From the IMG/VR virus record IMGVR_UViG_3300032516_000003, positions 1,341 through 65,340 of that record: DNA of 64,000 bases; one strand, given 5' to 3'. Below, piece after piece: positions 41,006-50,574 of this stretch. The notes under the pieces were generated by a model that did no database searches, was not told the origin of the DNA, and was given only the letters and a program-made list of their open reading frames with translations. Source of the stretch: a virus. Both the position numbers and the translations under genes were made by a program. Numbering within the stretch: position 1 is the stretch's first letter; each line of letters starts with the position of its first letter.

Positions 41006-44000
41006 CCGGCGGCCACTCTCTTGGTCTTCGCTGCTTCCTGGAGGGCATTGAGATCCCGGTCATCGGGGCCAACGTCACTGTCGTTGCCAATGCGCCGGTA
41101 GCTGCCCAGATCCAGGTGATCGGCACCGACCGGTTGCTGACCATCATGCCGCGTACGGTCGTTCACCTGTTCTTCTACGACTACGTCGATGCCGCCAACC
41201 CGCTCAGCCAGGAGGACATCAACAACGCCGGCCTCGACCCAGCTGATCAAGAGCTGTCCAAGTACCGGCTGCTCTTCATGGGCGAGGTGCAGGGCATTGG
41301 CTTCCAGAAGAATTCAGCGGAGCGGGCCGCCATCTTGAACTGCGTCGACTTCTCCAACTACTGGGACACCACCTACCAGTACAACTTCGGTGGCCAGCTC
41401 TTCGGTGGCCAGCAGCAAGCAGCCTTCATCGGGGCCAACGCCAACCTCTTCACAAGCCCTCTGGGTCATGGTGTCGGCACCTTCGCCGCGCTACTGCAAG
41501 GCAAGTCGGCCAACTTCCCCAAGATGAAGGGTCTGCTCGCCGGCGTCGTGCGGTGCCTCGAAGCAATCGGTGGCTGCTACTACGGCAAGGACACCTTCAA
41601 GGGTGCCAACGACTTCACTTCCCTGGCCGAGCTGCGGCTGAAGATCTTGCAGCAGATCACGGCCGCGGAGTTGGATGACAGCACCGCCAAGCTGTTCGCG
41701 CGCAAGGCCTTCAACATGTGGATGAACCAGCAGATGCAGGGGCTGGGCAAGCTGGTGACCTTCCGGGGTGTGGTGCAGATCCTCGACCAGTTCATCTTCC
41801 ATGAGATCTACCCCAATCCCTGCGCCCGCTACATTCCCGAGCAGCAGGTGCAGCAGCAGCAGGCCTACTACGCGGACGCCGCCACCGATCCACGCTTCCG
41901 CAGCATCTATGATGCTTACCGCAAGCTGATCAAGCTACTCAAGTCGGCGAAGAGCAACCTCAGCCCCATCGCCATCACCGAGAAAGAGATCAAGGCCGCG
42001 GCCTCTGATCTATCTCAGGCCGGAAGAGTGCTGGATTCACTCATCGCCAATGAGGCCTCGCGCTTTACCAGTGGCATCGGCGCGCAGATGCTTTCCGTGA
42101 ACCCGGAGGTGGAGCTGGCGCGAACCTGGAAGGTGCTGGGGGGCAGTTCGCATATCAATCCGGTGGATGTGTCTACTGCACTTGACGTGATGGCTCGTAG
42201 GGCAGCCTTGGGCTACATCGACACGGCGTTGAAAAACCTGCAGAGTGCGGTCACTGGCAAGGCGATCAAGAAGCAGAAGATGGTCACCACCACGCAGCGT
42301 AGTCGGGTCAATAACCAGATCTTGCGGCCTGACATCTGGTTCGTACCTCCGCCGCGCTGCAACGTCCTCTTCCCCGAGATGTACGAGAGCTTCCAATGGC
42401 AGCGCAACTTCCTGCGGGAGGTCTCTCGCATGGAGCTGCAGACTACGCATGAGATTCTTGGGGATGATGCGCTCTTCAACGGCCGCTACTACGCTCCTGA
42501 CGTCGCTGACATGCGGAAGGGGGTGAAGCTCTCCTCCCGAAACTTCTCCAGGCTGACCATGGAGCACGAGCTCTACACAGGGATCATCCCCATGTACGAG
42601 AAGCTGAGCGAGGCCAACCTATTCGCCATGGGCAGCAAGCAGGTGAACGTCGGGGGCGCCAAGGTCGGCTACGCCCAGCGGGCCGTCAACTTCATGTACT
42701 TCAAGCACCGCTTCGCCTCGCGGCAGATGGGAGCCAGTGGCCGCTTCAATCCGTGGTTCGTGGCTGGGTTCCCGGGGCTCTTGATTGACAAGCCGATGGA
42801 CGCGGTGAACCTGGCGATCTCCGGCCTACCGGTGGAAGACGCCCTGAAGGTGCTCGACTTCCAGCCGGACGACCCGTCGGAGATCACCAGAGCGGTGCTG
42901 CTGCAGAAGCTGGTGCCGATGCAGTACATGGGCATGTGTGCACAGCTGACACACAATCTCAGCCAGCAGGGTGGCCGCACGGAGTATGCCTTCACTCAGG
43001 CGCGAGTCCATCGTGAGGATGCCGAGTTCTTGGGCGTGGACAAGGCCACGGTCAACAAGAAGGTGGGTACTGGCTCGCGGACCTATGTGGTCAGTGCCGC
43101 GGTCACCAAGCCGCCAACCAAGGGGATGCTCGGCAGATATGGCGGTCCGCTCTCTTCAGTGAAGGATGTATCTTCCTCGTACAAGGGCCGCTACCTTACT
43201 GGCTTGCGGGACACGCGCAAGTTCCTTGGCACTGGCTCCAGCAGTGCCATCGCGCAGGAGTATTACCCAATCGATGGCGCGAAGGTGAAAGCCTACGAAG
43301 TCAAGGAGAGCTTCGACCGGCGAGCCAGAGTGAAGATCAATAAGCCCATCGAGGACGCCATCCGGCCACCCTGGATCTGGGACGGCTGGACCAACCTGAA
43401 GATCGGCGACACGTACCTGCAGTTCTTCGGCACCAACGCAATCACCGACATCGAGGGCTTCACTGCCACCGGCACGGCCGCAATCAATGCCATCGGCTCG
43501 GGCCTGGCCGAAGACTACGGCATGGTGATCGAGTCGTCTCAAGGAGTGGCCCAGGGCAGCGGCGTCAATCCCATGACTGCGCCTCAGACCCCACTCACAC
43601 CATTCTCGGGGGCGGCTCCCAACTACGGCCCACCTACGGCTGGACTGGGAGCACCATCGACGCCGAACCAACGGCCCCCGTCCACCAGTCTCTCGGCCTA
43701 CGACCAGAAGATCTCCGCGGCCACAATCCTCGCCATCGAGAAGGAACGGACGATCGAGAACGCGGTGGACTATCTGGTGCGGCTGTACAGTTACCTCAAG
43801 GCCAACAGCCTGGACGTGGGCCAGTTCCTACGCAACTACTCCTGGCGCCCAGTGGCGACGTTGGTGGACATCCTGGGCTCTTCCAAGTTCACCATCAGGC
43901 CAGATCCAGCCGATCCCGACAAGTTCGTCACCAGCGGACAAGAGGGCTTCCACAGCCGGGCCTTCAGTGATGAAGCCAACCTCTTCGGGCTAGTAGATCC

Positions 44001-44187
44001 GCAGGTGGGCAACATTCTGGGACTCAAGCGACCACCAAGCGGCATGAATCTGATAGGTCGCTACCTCATGTCTATGACAGATCCACACTATTCGGCGGTG
44101 GCGAAACTCGATGTTCGAGGTGCCCGACGCAAGGTGGTGCGGGAGTACGTGAACGAACTCACCAATTCCCGAGGCTTGCTGGGATAG
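41002..44187 (+). CDS. large tail/baseplate protein (Tal-like), 1061 aa
   Basis: ATGA coupling to Dit-like gene; size and position. Confidence 0.65.
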   Translation: MTGGHSLGLRCFLEGIEIPVIGANVTVVANAPVAAQIQVIGTDRLLTIMPRTVVHLFFYDYVDAANPLSQEDINNAGLDPADQELSKYRLLFMGEVQGIGFQKNSAERAAILNCVDFSNYWDTTYQYNFGGQLFGGQQQAAFIGANANLFTSPLGHGVGTFAALLQGKSANFPKMKGLLAGVVRCLEAIGGCYYGKDTFKGANDFTSLAELRLKILQQITAAELDDSTAKLFARKAFNMWMNQQMQGLGKLVTFRGVVQILDQFIFHEIYPNPCARYIPEQQVQQQQAYYADAATDPRFRSIYDAYRKLIKLLKSAKSNLSPIAITEKEIKAAASDLSQAGRVLDSLIANEASRFTSGIGAQMLSVNPEVELARTWKVLGGSSHINPVDVSTALDVMARRAALGYIDTALKNLQSAVTGKAIKKQKMVTTTQRSRVNNQILRPDIWFVPPPRCNVLFPEMYESFQWQRNFLREVSRMELQTTHEILGDDALFNGRYYAPDVADMRKGVKLSSRNFSRLTMEHELYTGIIPMYEKLSEANLFAMGSKQVNVGGAKVGYAQRAVNFMYFKHRFASRQMGASGRFNPWFVAGFPGLLIDKPMDAVNLAISGLPVEDALKVLDFQPDDPSEITRAVLLQKLVPMQYMGMCAQLTHNLSQQGGRTEYAFTQARVHREDAEFLGVDKATVNKKVGTGSRTYVVSAAVTKPPTKGMLGRYGGPLSSVKDVSSSYKGRYLTGLRDTRKFLGTGSSSAIAQEYYPIDGAKVKAYEVKESFDRRARVKINKPIEDAIRPPWIWDGWTNLKIGDTYLQFFGTNAITDIEGFTATGTAAINAIGSGLAEDYGMVIESSQGVAQGSGVNPMTAPQTPLTPFSGAAPNYGPPTAGLGAPSTPNQRPPSTSLSAYDQKISAATILAIEKERTIENAVDYLVRLYSYLKANSLDVGQFLRNYSWRPVATLVDILGSSKFTIRPDPADPDKFVTSGQEGFHSRAFSDEANLFGLVDPQVGNILGLKRPPSGMNLIGRYLMSMTDPHYSAVAKLDVRGARRKVVREYVNELTNSRGLLG

Positions 44188-44211
44188 CCCATGAGGGGGT
44201 ATAACAGGAGC

Positions 44212-44505
44212 ATGGATCAGTGGCTGCCGTCCTTCGTGGATGAGCTGGAGAAGATTGCTGTCAGTCGCCACTTGTCCACTTATGGGCCGCAGTCTCGCAA
44301 GGGTCGGCGTCCCATCCGCGTCAAGAGAATGATCGAGAAGGACACTGCCTTCTGGAACAACCGTGCCAAGGCCAAGCTGGAGAAGGCCGAGACGCGGGAT
44401 GATGACCAGGCCAAGTACTACGAGCACGAAGGCTACCGGCAGTACACCAGCACGCCGGAATCTGGTGACGACGGCAGCCAGCGCTACTTCGCCAGCGGCG
44501 CCTAA
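44212..44505 (+). CDS. hypothetical protein, 97 aa (SFVDELEKI N-terminus)
   Basis: ACAGGAGC-ATG. Confidence 0.55.
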   Translation: MDQWLPSFVDELEKIAVSRHLSTYGPQSRKGRRPIRVKRMIEKDTAFWNNRAKAKLEKAETRDDDQAKYYEHEGYRQYTSTPESGDDGSQRYFASGA

Positions 44506-44514
44506 GGAGTGGCC

Positions 44515-45108
44515 ATGTACCAGTCGTTCTTCGACGAGTTGCAGAAGATCTCCGCGGCTACTGAGCCCAAGAAAGAGGAACCGGGCACGGGAACCATGCG
44601 TGGGGCGGTGGCGGCTCGTCCCTGGGTGACTTCGGCGGCCAAGGGTGCACTACCTACGGCCAGCCTGGCGGCGCTCCTGCCGGTGAACCCCAAGATTCGG
44701 CCAGGGGCGGAGACGGCAGAGATCATGGCCGCGCAGGTGAAGGCCATGAAGCGGAAGTCCAAGGTGATCGCCGGCGCAGCTGCTCTGGGCACTGCCGCTG
44801 GGTTGGCCGACAAGTACATGAAGGACTGGGCAGCCAAACATCCACGCGCCAAGGTCACCAAGAAGTTCGAAGGTCAGCTGCAGCGAGAGAAGGGACAGTT
44901 CAAGACCGGCGCCATGGCGGGCGATCTCCGGCGGAAGGGACTGGGTGGCGTGACCGAGCCCCCTTTTCCGACTGAGGACAGCAAGCAGGTAGCCGAGGGC
45001 CAGCTCAACAGCTCTCAGCAGCAGGCCAGCTTCGCGACGCATACACTGCCCCGCCACCTGGTGCGGCCAGGGCCCTCAATCAATCAGACTGCTGCGCTCC
45101 CGAGGTAG
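44515..45108 (+). CDS. hypothetical protein, 197 aa (SFFDELQKI N-terminus)
   Basis: AAGGAGTGGCC-ATG. Confidence 0.6.
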   Translation: MYQSFFDELQKISAATEPKKEEPGTGTMRGAVAARPWVTSAAKGALPTASLAALLPVNPKIRPGAETAEIMAAQVKAMKRKSKVIAGAAALGTAAGLADKYMKDWAAKHPRAKVTKKFEGQLQREKGQFKTGAMAGDLRRKGLGGVTEPPFPTEDSKQVAEGQLNSSQQQASFATHTLPRHLVRPGPSINQTAALPR

Positions 45109-45110
45109 GC

Positions 45111-45881
45111 ATGAACCCGGTGACGGAGTTCTTGGGCCTGCAGGAGGGAGCCGAGAAGCAAGCGGCCACTGACCTGAAGGGCAAGCAGGTCCGGGAGCTG
45201 GAACTGTGGCACACCTGGCAGCAGGGTGGCAAGCAGCCTGACCATCTCCGCCCGCTGATCCAGTCGCTGCGTCCCTTCATCAAGAGCCAGGCTGACCTAT
45301 GGGCCACCCGCAACCGCGACATCCCGCCGGCGGCCATCCGCGCCGAGTTCATGAATCAGGCAGTGGCGGCCCTGGAGACCTACGATCCATCCAGAGCCGC
45401 GCTCAACACCCACATCGGCCACCGGCTCAAGAAGGCCCAGCGCTTCGTCACCTCGTACCAGAACCCAGCCCGCATCCCCGAGAACCGCATCTACCGGGTT
45501 CGTGACCTACAGGATGCCACCACGCATCTGGATCAACAGTTCGGCCGGCCACCCACGCAGCTGGAGATTGCTGATCATCTCAAGTGGTCTCCACGGCAGG
45601 TGGACCTGCTGCAGCGGGAGATCCGCAAGGCGCGGCCAACTAGTCAGTTCAGTTCGGACCCCTTCAAGACCACGCCCTCTCGCCACCAGGAGGTCTTGCG
45701 ACTGTTGCCCTACGAGCTCAGTTCCGATGAGCGCGCGGTCTTCGAGCACCTGTACGGCATCGGCGGCAAGCCGAAGCTGGAGCCGGGACAGATCGCGCAG
45801 ACGTTGAACATGAGCGCTCCCAAGGTCTCGCGGCTGAAGAAGTCCATCGCCGAAAAATACTCCCGTTACGCAGGCGTGTGA
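45111..45881 (+). CDS. sigma-70-family sigma factor (regions 2-4 like)
   Basis: GAGGTAGGC-ATG; C-terminal LSSDERAVFEHLYGIGGKPKLEPGQIAQTLNMSAPKVSRLKKSIAEKY fits region 4.2 HTH; central QLEIADHLKWSPRQVDLL fits region 3. Confidence 0.7.
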   Translation: MNPVTEFLGLQEGAEKQAATDLKGKQVRELELWHTWQQGGKQPDHLRPLIQSLRPFIKSQADLWATRNRDIPPAAIRAEFMNQAVAALETYDPSRAALNTHIGHRLKKAQRFVTSYQNPARIPENRIYRVRDLQDATTHLDQQFGRPPTQLEIADHLKWSPRQVDLLQREIRKARPTSQFSSDPFKTTPSRHQEVLRLLPYELSSDERAVFEHLYGIGGKPKLEPGQIAQTLNMSAPKVSRLKKSIAEKYSRYAGV

Positions 45882-46402
45882 TGATTGAAGAGTGGCGCAG
45901 CATAACAGATCACCACAACTACGAGGTCAGTAGTCTGGGTAGGATTCGTCGAGTAGGTCGAGCGAGATCAGCGCGTGTAGGCAGGATCCTTGCAGGAGGC
46001 GTGACTTGGAATGGCTACCGCTTCTTCACCGCCAGTTGCCACTGCGAACGAACTAACGTGTACGTGCACATAGCCGTGGCTCAAGCGTTCTTGGGCCCCC
46101 GACCCTCTGGCAGAGTGGTTAACCACAAGAATGGGGTCAAACTTGACTGTAGAGTAGCCAACTTGGAGTACATCACACAGAGCGAAAACATCAAACACGC
46201 TCTAGCGTTGGGGACACATCCGCGTGGCTCAGCCCGAACTCAAGCCAAACTTCACGAAAATGACGTGCTGCTGGCCTGGGAGTTGAAGAGCGACGGATGG
46301 GGACCTACCAAGATAGGACGAGCTCTCGGAGTCACCCAATCGATTATTTCTGACATATTCCGTGGCAAGCGTTGGATGCACGTCCAATACACGGGGGGCT
46401 GA
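45878..46402 (+). CDS. HNH homing endonuclease (NUMOD4-like N-term, HNH, C-terminal HTH)
   Basis: EEWRSITDHHNYEVSSLGRIRR; HIAVAQAF...NHKNGVKLDCRVANLEYITQSEN; C-terminal LLAWELKSDGWGPTKIGRALGVTQSIISDIFRGKRW. Confidence 0.85.
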   Translation: MMIEEWRSITDHHNYEVSSLGRIRRVGRARSARVGRILAGGVTWNGYRFFTASCHCERTNVYVHIAVAQAFLGPRPSGRVVNHKNGVKLDCRVANLEYITQSENIKHALALGTHPRGSARTQAKLHENDVLLAWELKSDGWGPTKIGRALGVTQSIISDIFRGKRWMHVQYTGG

Positions 46403-46403
46403 G

Positions 46404-46628
46404 ATGGCGACGAACCAAATCCAAGCTGACCGTGACAAGCGCCTCGACAACCTGAAGAAGGCCACGGACAAGTGGGCCCAGGACGAGACGGACCGCCTCA
46501 ACTACGAGAAGGACTTCCTCAAGTCAGTGCTCAAGGGCCGCACTGGCGCCGGTCGGCTGGCCACCCAGAATGTCGTGGACACCTGGGGCATCGTGGTGGA
46601 CGCCATCAAGAACTTCCTGGAGGGCTAG
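46404..46628 (+). CDS. hypothetical protein, 74 aa
   Basis: ATG right after HNH stop. Confidence 0.5.
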   Translation: MATNQIQADRDKRLDNLKKATDKWAQDETDRLNYEKDFLKSVLKGRTGAGRLATQNVVDTWGIVVDAIKNFLEG

Positions 46629-46631
46629 ACC

Positions 46632-48203
46632 GTGGCTGTCACCTCCAGACGTCTACTGGCTGCAGGGGGCTGGATCTATGTCTACGACATCCAGGGTCGG
46701 AACGGAGTAGTCGTCAGTGCCCAGACCTACCAAGATACCGGCAACAACGTCCTCCAAGCCTGCACAGCCTCTGGCAACGACTTGCGGGTGTACCTGCGGG
46801 CCAGTTATCCCCTGGTGAACGTCCATGGCGTGGCCGGCACTCTTACACGCGCCCCTGACTCTGGGTTCTATACCGGCTACGTCGATATCACGCTGACTGC
46901 CGCCGGAAACATCATCGCCAAGGTCACCACTCCCGACAGCACCGAAGGCCCGCATGACACTGTCATTGTCGCCGTGGAGATCGCCCCGGCGATCCTCACC
47001 CTGAGTTTCATTGGCGGCTACCCGGGATCGCAGACCGAGCTCAAGGCGGGAGATGCCTTTCAGATCCATGGCACCACTGATCGTCCTTGCGTAGGCGTCG
47101 AGATTCTCGACTTCGAGGCATGCCAACACGCAGTGCTGACTTTCGCCTCGACCACATCGTTCACCGTGGCCGGGGTGATCGCCGACCGTGGCACCGCCGC
47201 CGTAGCACGACCAGCACGATTGCGCGCCCGCAACGCTGCAGGAGCCTACGGAGCAACCCGCGACACCAACTCTGGTGGCGGCTCCGTCGACGGCACCGAC
47301 GTAGTGAAATGCAACAACCTGCATCCGACCGTAATATTCGGAACGATCACCTACCCGACTGGCCAGACGGCACTCAAGAACTCCGAGTCGGCCTCTGTCG
47401 TCGTCGTGACGGCCAACTTGGATACGATTCTCTACGACAGCCCCAACAGTCAGTTGGCGATCACCGACCCTACGGCCATCGGGTCGCCCAAGATCGTGAC
47501 CCGCATCGCCGGGAACTACAATGTCGCCACGAACAACCTGCGAGCAGAGGCAGTCCGGTCGGCGAACAATGCCCATACCATCGCACAGACGGTGGTCCGC
47601 ATCGCGCACATAGCGGCCGTCATCGTGGTGACGGAACCTTATGCACGCCTGCGGGCCGGCAACCCCAACGGAGACTACACCTGCTCGATCTCCAGTGATC
47701 AGGAGCTCCCAGTAGCTCCGTCGCTACTCTCGTCGGCCAGCCCCAACTCGGGCGTGCTGCAGGGTGCAGGTTGGGTAGGTGGCCTGCTGCTCTATACCAG
47801 GGTCATGCGCGTAACGCCTACGGACGTCTCTGGCACCTATGGTTGGCGCGATCTGTCGGCGACCAATCGGGCGGGGATCGTCACTACCTCCATCACCGGA
47901 GATGCGAACTACGTCATCGGGGGCTTCACCGCTCGCAGTGTGACATTCCCTGCGTTCAGCCAGACTACTCTCCTAGGAGTTGCCGTCATCGACTATGCGA
48001 AGTTGAGGGCTGGCATCTTCACGGCGACCAATCAGCCGTCGATCAAGAATCCAACGCTAGGCAACCACGACGATCTGCTGAACACGTACACCATCGAAGC
48101 GCTGGGGGTGAACCCGACGACGATCTTTTGGAACGATGTCGCTGCGGCTAACTCGAACAGCAGCGGCACCGCACAGCTGCTCGACATCGAGGAGCTAGTC
48201 TGA
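46632..48203 (+). CDS. beta-rich structural (tail/fibre-associated) protein, 523 aa
   Basis: Thr/Ser/Gly/Val-rich composition in structural block. Confidence 0.65.
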   Translation: MAVTSRRLLAAGGWIYVYDIQGRNGVVVSAQTYQDTGNNVLQACTASGNDLRVYLRASYPLVNVHGVAGTLTRAPDSGFYTGYVDITLTAAGNIIAKVTTPDSTEGPHDTVIVAVEIAPAILTLSFIGGYPGSQTELKAGDAFQIHGTTDRPCVGVEILDFEACQHAVLTFASTTSFTVAGVIADRGTAAVARPARLRARNAAGAYGATRDTNSGGGSVDGTDVVKCNNLHPTVIFGTITYPTGQTALKNSESASVVVVTANLDTILYDSPNSQLAITDPTAIGSPKIVTRIAGNYNVATNNLRAEAVRSANNAHTIAQTVVRIAHIAAVIVVTEPYARLRAGNPNGDYTCSISSDQELPVAPSLLSSASPNSGVLQGAGWVGGLLLYTRVMRVTPTDVSGTYGWRDLSATNRAGIVTTSITGDANYVIGGFTARSVTFPAFSQTTLLGVAVIDYAKLRAGIFTATNQPSIKNPTLGNHDDLLNTYTIEALGVNPTTIFWNDVAAANSNSSGTAQLLDIEELV

Positions 48204-48214
48204 TGTCGCTCTTC

Positions 48215-48880
48215 TCACTCAACGTGAGCCCAAGACCGTCGGTGAATGATCGACAGGATCACCTGCTTCGAGACACGGTACTGCTTGGCCAGTTTGAGAG
48301 AGCTGAGTTCTCCGATGGCGTAGGTGCTGCGGATAGTCCGCACGTTGTTCTCAGTGAGTTTGGAACGAGGATTGTTCTCTCCCTGAAGAGCCTCGGGATG
48401 TTCTTGGTAATGTTGGCGCAGACTATCGCGACGCTGCTTTTCGGACTTCTCTGTGTGTGCAGCGTACCAGGCTTCTCCTCGGCAAGTGTTCTCCGGATGA
48501 GTGTATCGGCCATTGTTCTTGCCTGTGCGTTTGTGTCCACCTCCACGACTTTTGGCATCGCGGTCGGCGTTATTATCAGCCGCAGTTCCAGAGAACAAAT
48601 GATCCGGCCGTATGCACTTGGGATTGTCGCATGTGTGGCAGCAGTGCAGTCCTGGTTGCTTTCCGTATTCCAAGAAGTACGAGACTCTATGAACCAAGTA
48701 CGACTTGAGGAAGCTCGTCCGACCCAGACAAGTCCAGCCGTACCCGTCTCTCGTGAGTCTTCCCTGCCACTCCCAACATTCGCCACTCGGGCCAAGCCCT
48801 GGTTCCTTGCTTACAAAGCCCCAAAAGGCGTCAACTTGGAGTCGGCTGAGTGGAGGTATTTCTCGAACGCCGTCTGGCAT
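48215..48880 (-). CDS. HNH homing endonuclease, antisense to the structural operon
   Basis: CAGGAGAAAATGCA-ATG at 48880; GYGWTCLGRTSFLKSYLVHRVSYFLEYG...HCCHTCDNPKCIRPDHL; C-terminal HTH. Confidence 0.8.
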   Translation of the reverse strand: MPDGVREIPPLSRLQVDAFWGFVSKEPGLGPSGECWEWQGRLTRDGYGWTCLGRTSFLKSYLVHRVSYFLEYGKQPGLHCCHTCDNPKCIRPDHLFSGTAADNNADRDAKSRGGGHKRTGKNNGRYTHPENTCRGEAWYAAHTEKSEKQRRDSLRQHYQEHPEALQGENNPRSKLTENNVRTIRSTYAIGELSSLKLAKQYRVSKQVILSIIHRRSWAHVE

Positions 48881-48930
48881 TGCATTTTCTCCTGTCCCCG
48901 ACTGTATAGCACGGCAGGAAGGGGATAACA

Positions 48931-49446
48931 ATGCCTACCAGTTTTGAATTTTTCGTCAATACTGAGCTGCCGCAGCGTGCGGTCATGCTCACCGCCTACA
49001 ACACGGGCGGGTACACAGGCGACCCTCGCTCGGCGACGCTGGACAAGATCAAGTACGCGCCAAAGGGTACTTGGTTCATCGATGAAGCTACTGGTGACCT
49101 GTGGCAGAAGCTCATTCAGATTAACCCAGCCGCTTGGGTCCAGCGATCAACGCTATCAGCACTGACCGAAGCAACCCATCATGTCCTTGACGATCAAGTC
49201 CACAACTTGGCTGAAACTTACGTCAAGGAGATCACCCGGACTATCGAGGGAGTCACAGAAGTCCTGTGTCGTACTACCGGGTCAATTCCTATCCGTCGGA
49301 CATTGCTCACGCGAGCCACGGGGGTGCTGACCCAGGTTGAGCGCATACAGTATAATGCTGCTGGTGCTGAGGTCCATCGGATGACAGGCGTCATCACACG
49401 GGCAGCCGGTAAGATCAGTTCGATAGCCTGGACCTACTCAGGGTGA
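48931..49446 (+). CDS. hypothetical structural protein, 171 aa
   Basis: GGAAGGGGATAACA-ATG. Confidence 0.65.
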   Translation: MPTSFEFFVNTELPQRAVMLTAYNTGGYTGDPRSATLDKIKYAPKGTWFIDEATGDLWQKLIQINPAAWVQRSTLSALTEATHHVLDDQVHNLAETYVKEITRTIEGVTEVLCRTTGSIPIRRTLLTRATGVLTQVERIQYNAAGAEVHRMTGVITRAAGKISSIAWTYSG

Positions 49447-49480
49447 GGAAAGACCTCCAGCCTAGAAAGCGACGGACACT

Positions 49481-50404
49481 ATGGCATGGGTAACGTTCAC
49501 TTGTTCTGGGACTCTGTTCCAGCAGACTTTGGCGGATCGCGCCGTGACCAACGGCTGGGTAAGGAGTGAGGCCGGGTACGACTGGATCAAGCCAGCTGCC
49601 TCCACCAACGTCGCCCTGGCGAGGATCACGCAGCTCGGCGCCATCCGCATCTACACCGAAGTCAGTGCCACCGGCTATCTCTACACCATCCTCGAACCCT
49701 CCGTCCGAGAGTCCTACGATCTCGGGACGCATACGGGGATCGGCCTTGGCTGGACTGGCTGGGGCAACCCCATCTATTGGGCTGGCCGGTCGGAGAACGA
49801 CTTGGCACGGGATTACACCTTCGAGGGTTGGATCGATTCCAACTGCATCTTCGGAAACGTGAAACCCGACGCGTCGATCACAGCAGCCACCACGTTCCCG
49901 ATCTTCTTCTGCGTCACCAAGGGATTCGACGGCGTGAACCGTCTGGTGGGGCTGGACATGCTCCCCTCCGGGGCGGCGTATCGCTGCAACGCCCGGCTCA
50001 TCTACGCCACGGACGCGCTCAACTACTGGAAGGCGGTGCAATCCGGCGGGCTCGGAGTCTGGGGGTTCGACAGCAAGGCTCGCTTGTCGAAGCTCTACGC
50101 CTTCCGTGGTGGGGTGCTCGTGGCGGACGCGATCAACCCAGCAGCCATCATCGCCAGCTTCGAGGATCCGGTGACGGGAATACCCTACGTCCTGTGCAGT
50201 CAGAACCAGGGTGTCGAGGTCTACAACGACGAGTGCGTCCTGACCATCGGTGTCACGGACTACTACTACCGGTGCCTCTACCCCACGCTGACGCCTCCGC
50301 ACACGGTGATGATGACCAGCAAGTTCTCCAACTTCAACTCTGCCGTGGCTCCTTCTCGCATCGTCACGGACAAGATACTGACCTACTGGGTCAGGAGGGC
50401 ATGA
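49481..50404 (+). CDS. hypothetical structural protein, 307 aa
   Basis: long GC3-rich ORF, weak SD. Confidence 0.65.
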   Translation: MAWVTFTCSGTLFQQTLADRAVTNGWVRSEAGYDWIKPAASTNVALARITQLGAIRIYTEVSATGYLYTILEPSVRESYDLGTHTGIGLGWTGWGNPIYWAGRSENDLARDYTFEGWIDSNCIFGNVKPDASITAATTFPIFFCVTKGFDGVNRLVGLDMLPSGAAYRCNARLIYATDALNYWKAVQSGGLGVWGFDSKARLSKLYAFRGGVLVADAINPAAIIASFEDPVTGIPYVLCSQNQGVEVYNDECVLTIGVTDYYYRCLYPTLTPPHTVMMTSKFSNFNSAVAPSRIVTDKILTYWVRRA

Positions 50405-50574
50405 TGACAAACTGCAACAAGTGCGCGAAGGAGCTCGCCGAGAAAGAAGTGGCGGCCTACTACGACTTCCCGCCAGGGACGAAGCAGCACCTCTGTCAGG
50501 AGTGCTACGATCAGTACCGGGTCGCCTGCGCTGAGCAAGGAGCGGCAACCGAGGACGCGGAGTGGGTTGGTTAG
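50401..50574 (+). CDS. Zn-ribbon protein (CNKC...CQEC), 57 aa
   Basis: AGGAGGGC-ATG, ATGA coupling. Confidence 0.5.
   Translation: MMTNCNKCAKELAEKEVAAYYDFPPGTKQHLCQECYDQYRVACAEQGAATEDAEWVG

Noticed and set aside
48203-48928. + strand 241-aa ORF in the tail block
   Set aside because: Exactly antisense to the minus-strand HNH endonuclease, whose HNH motif and SD are unambiguous. Its own frame has low GC3.
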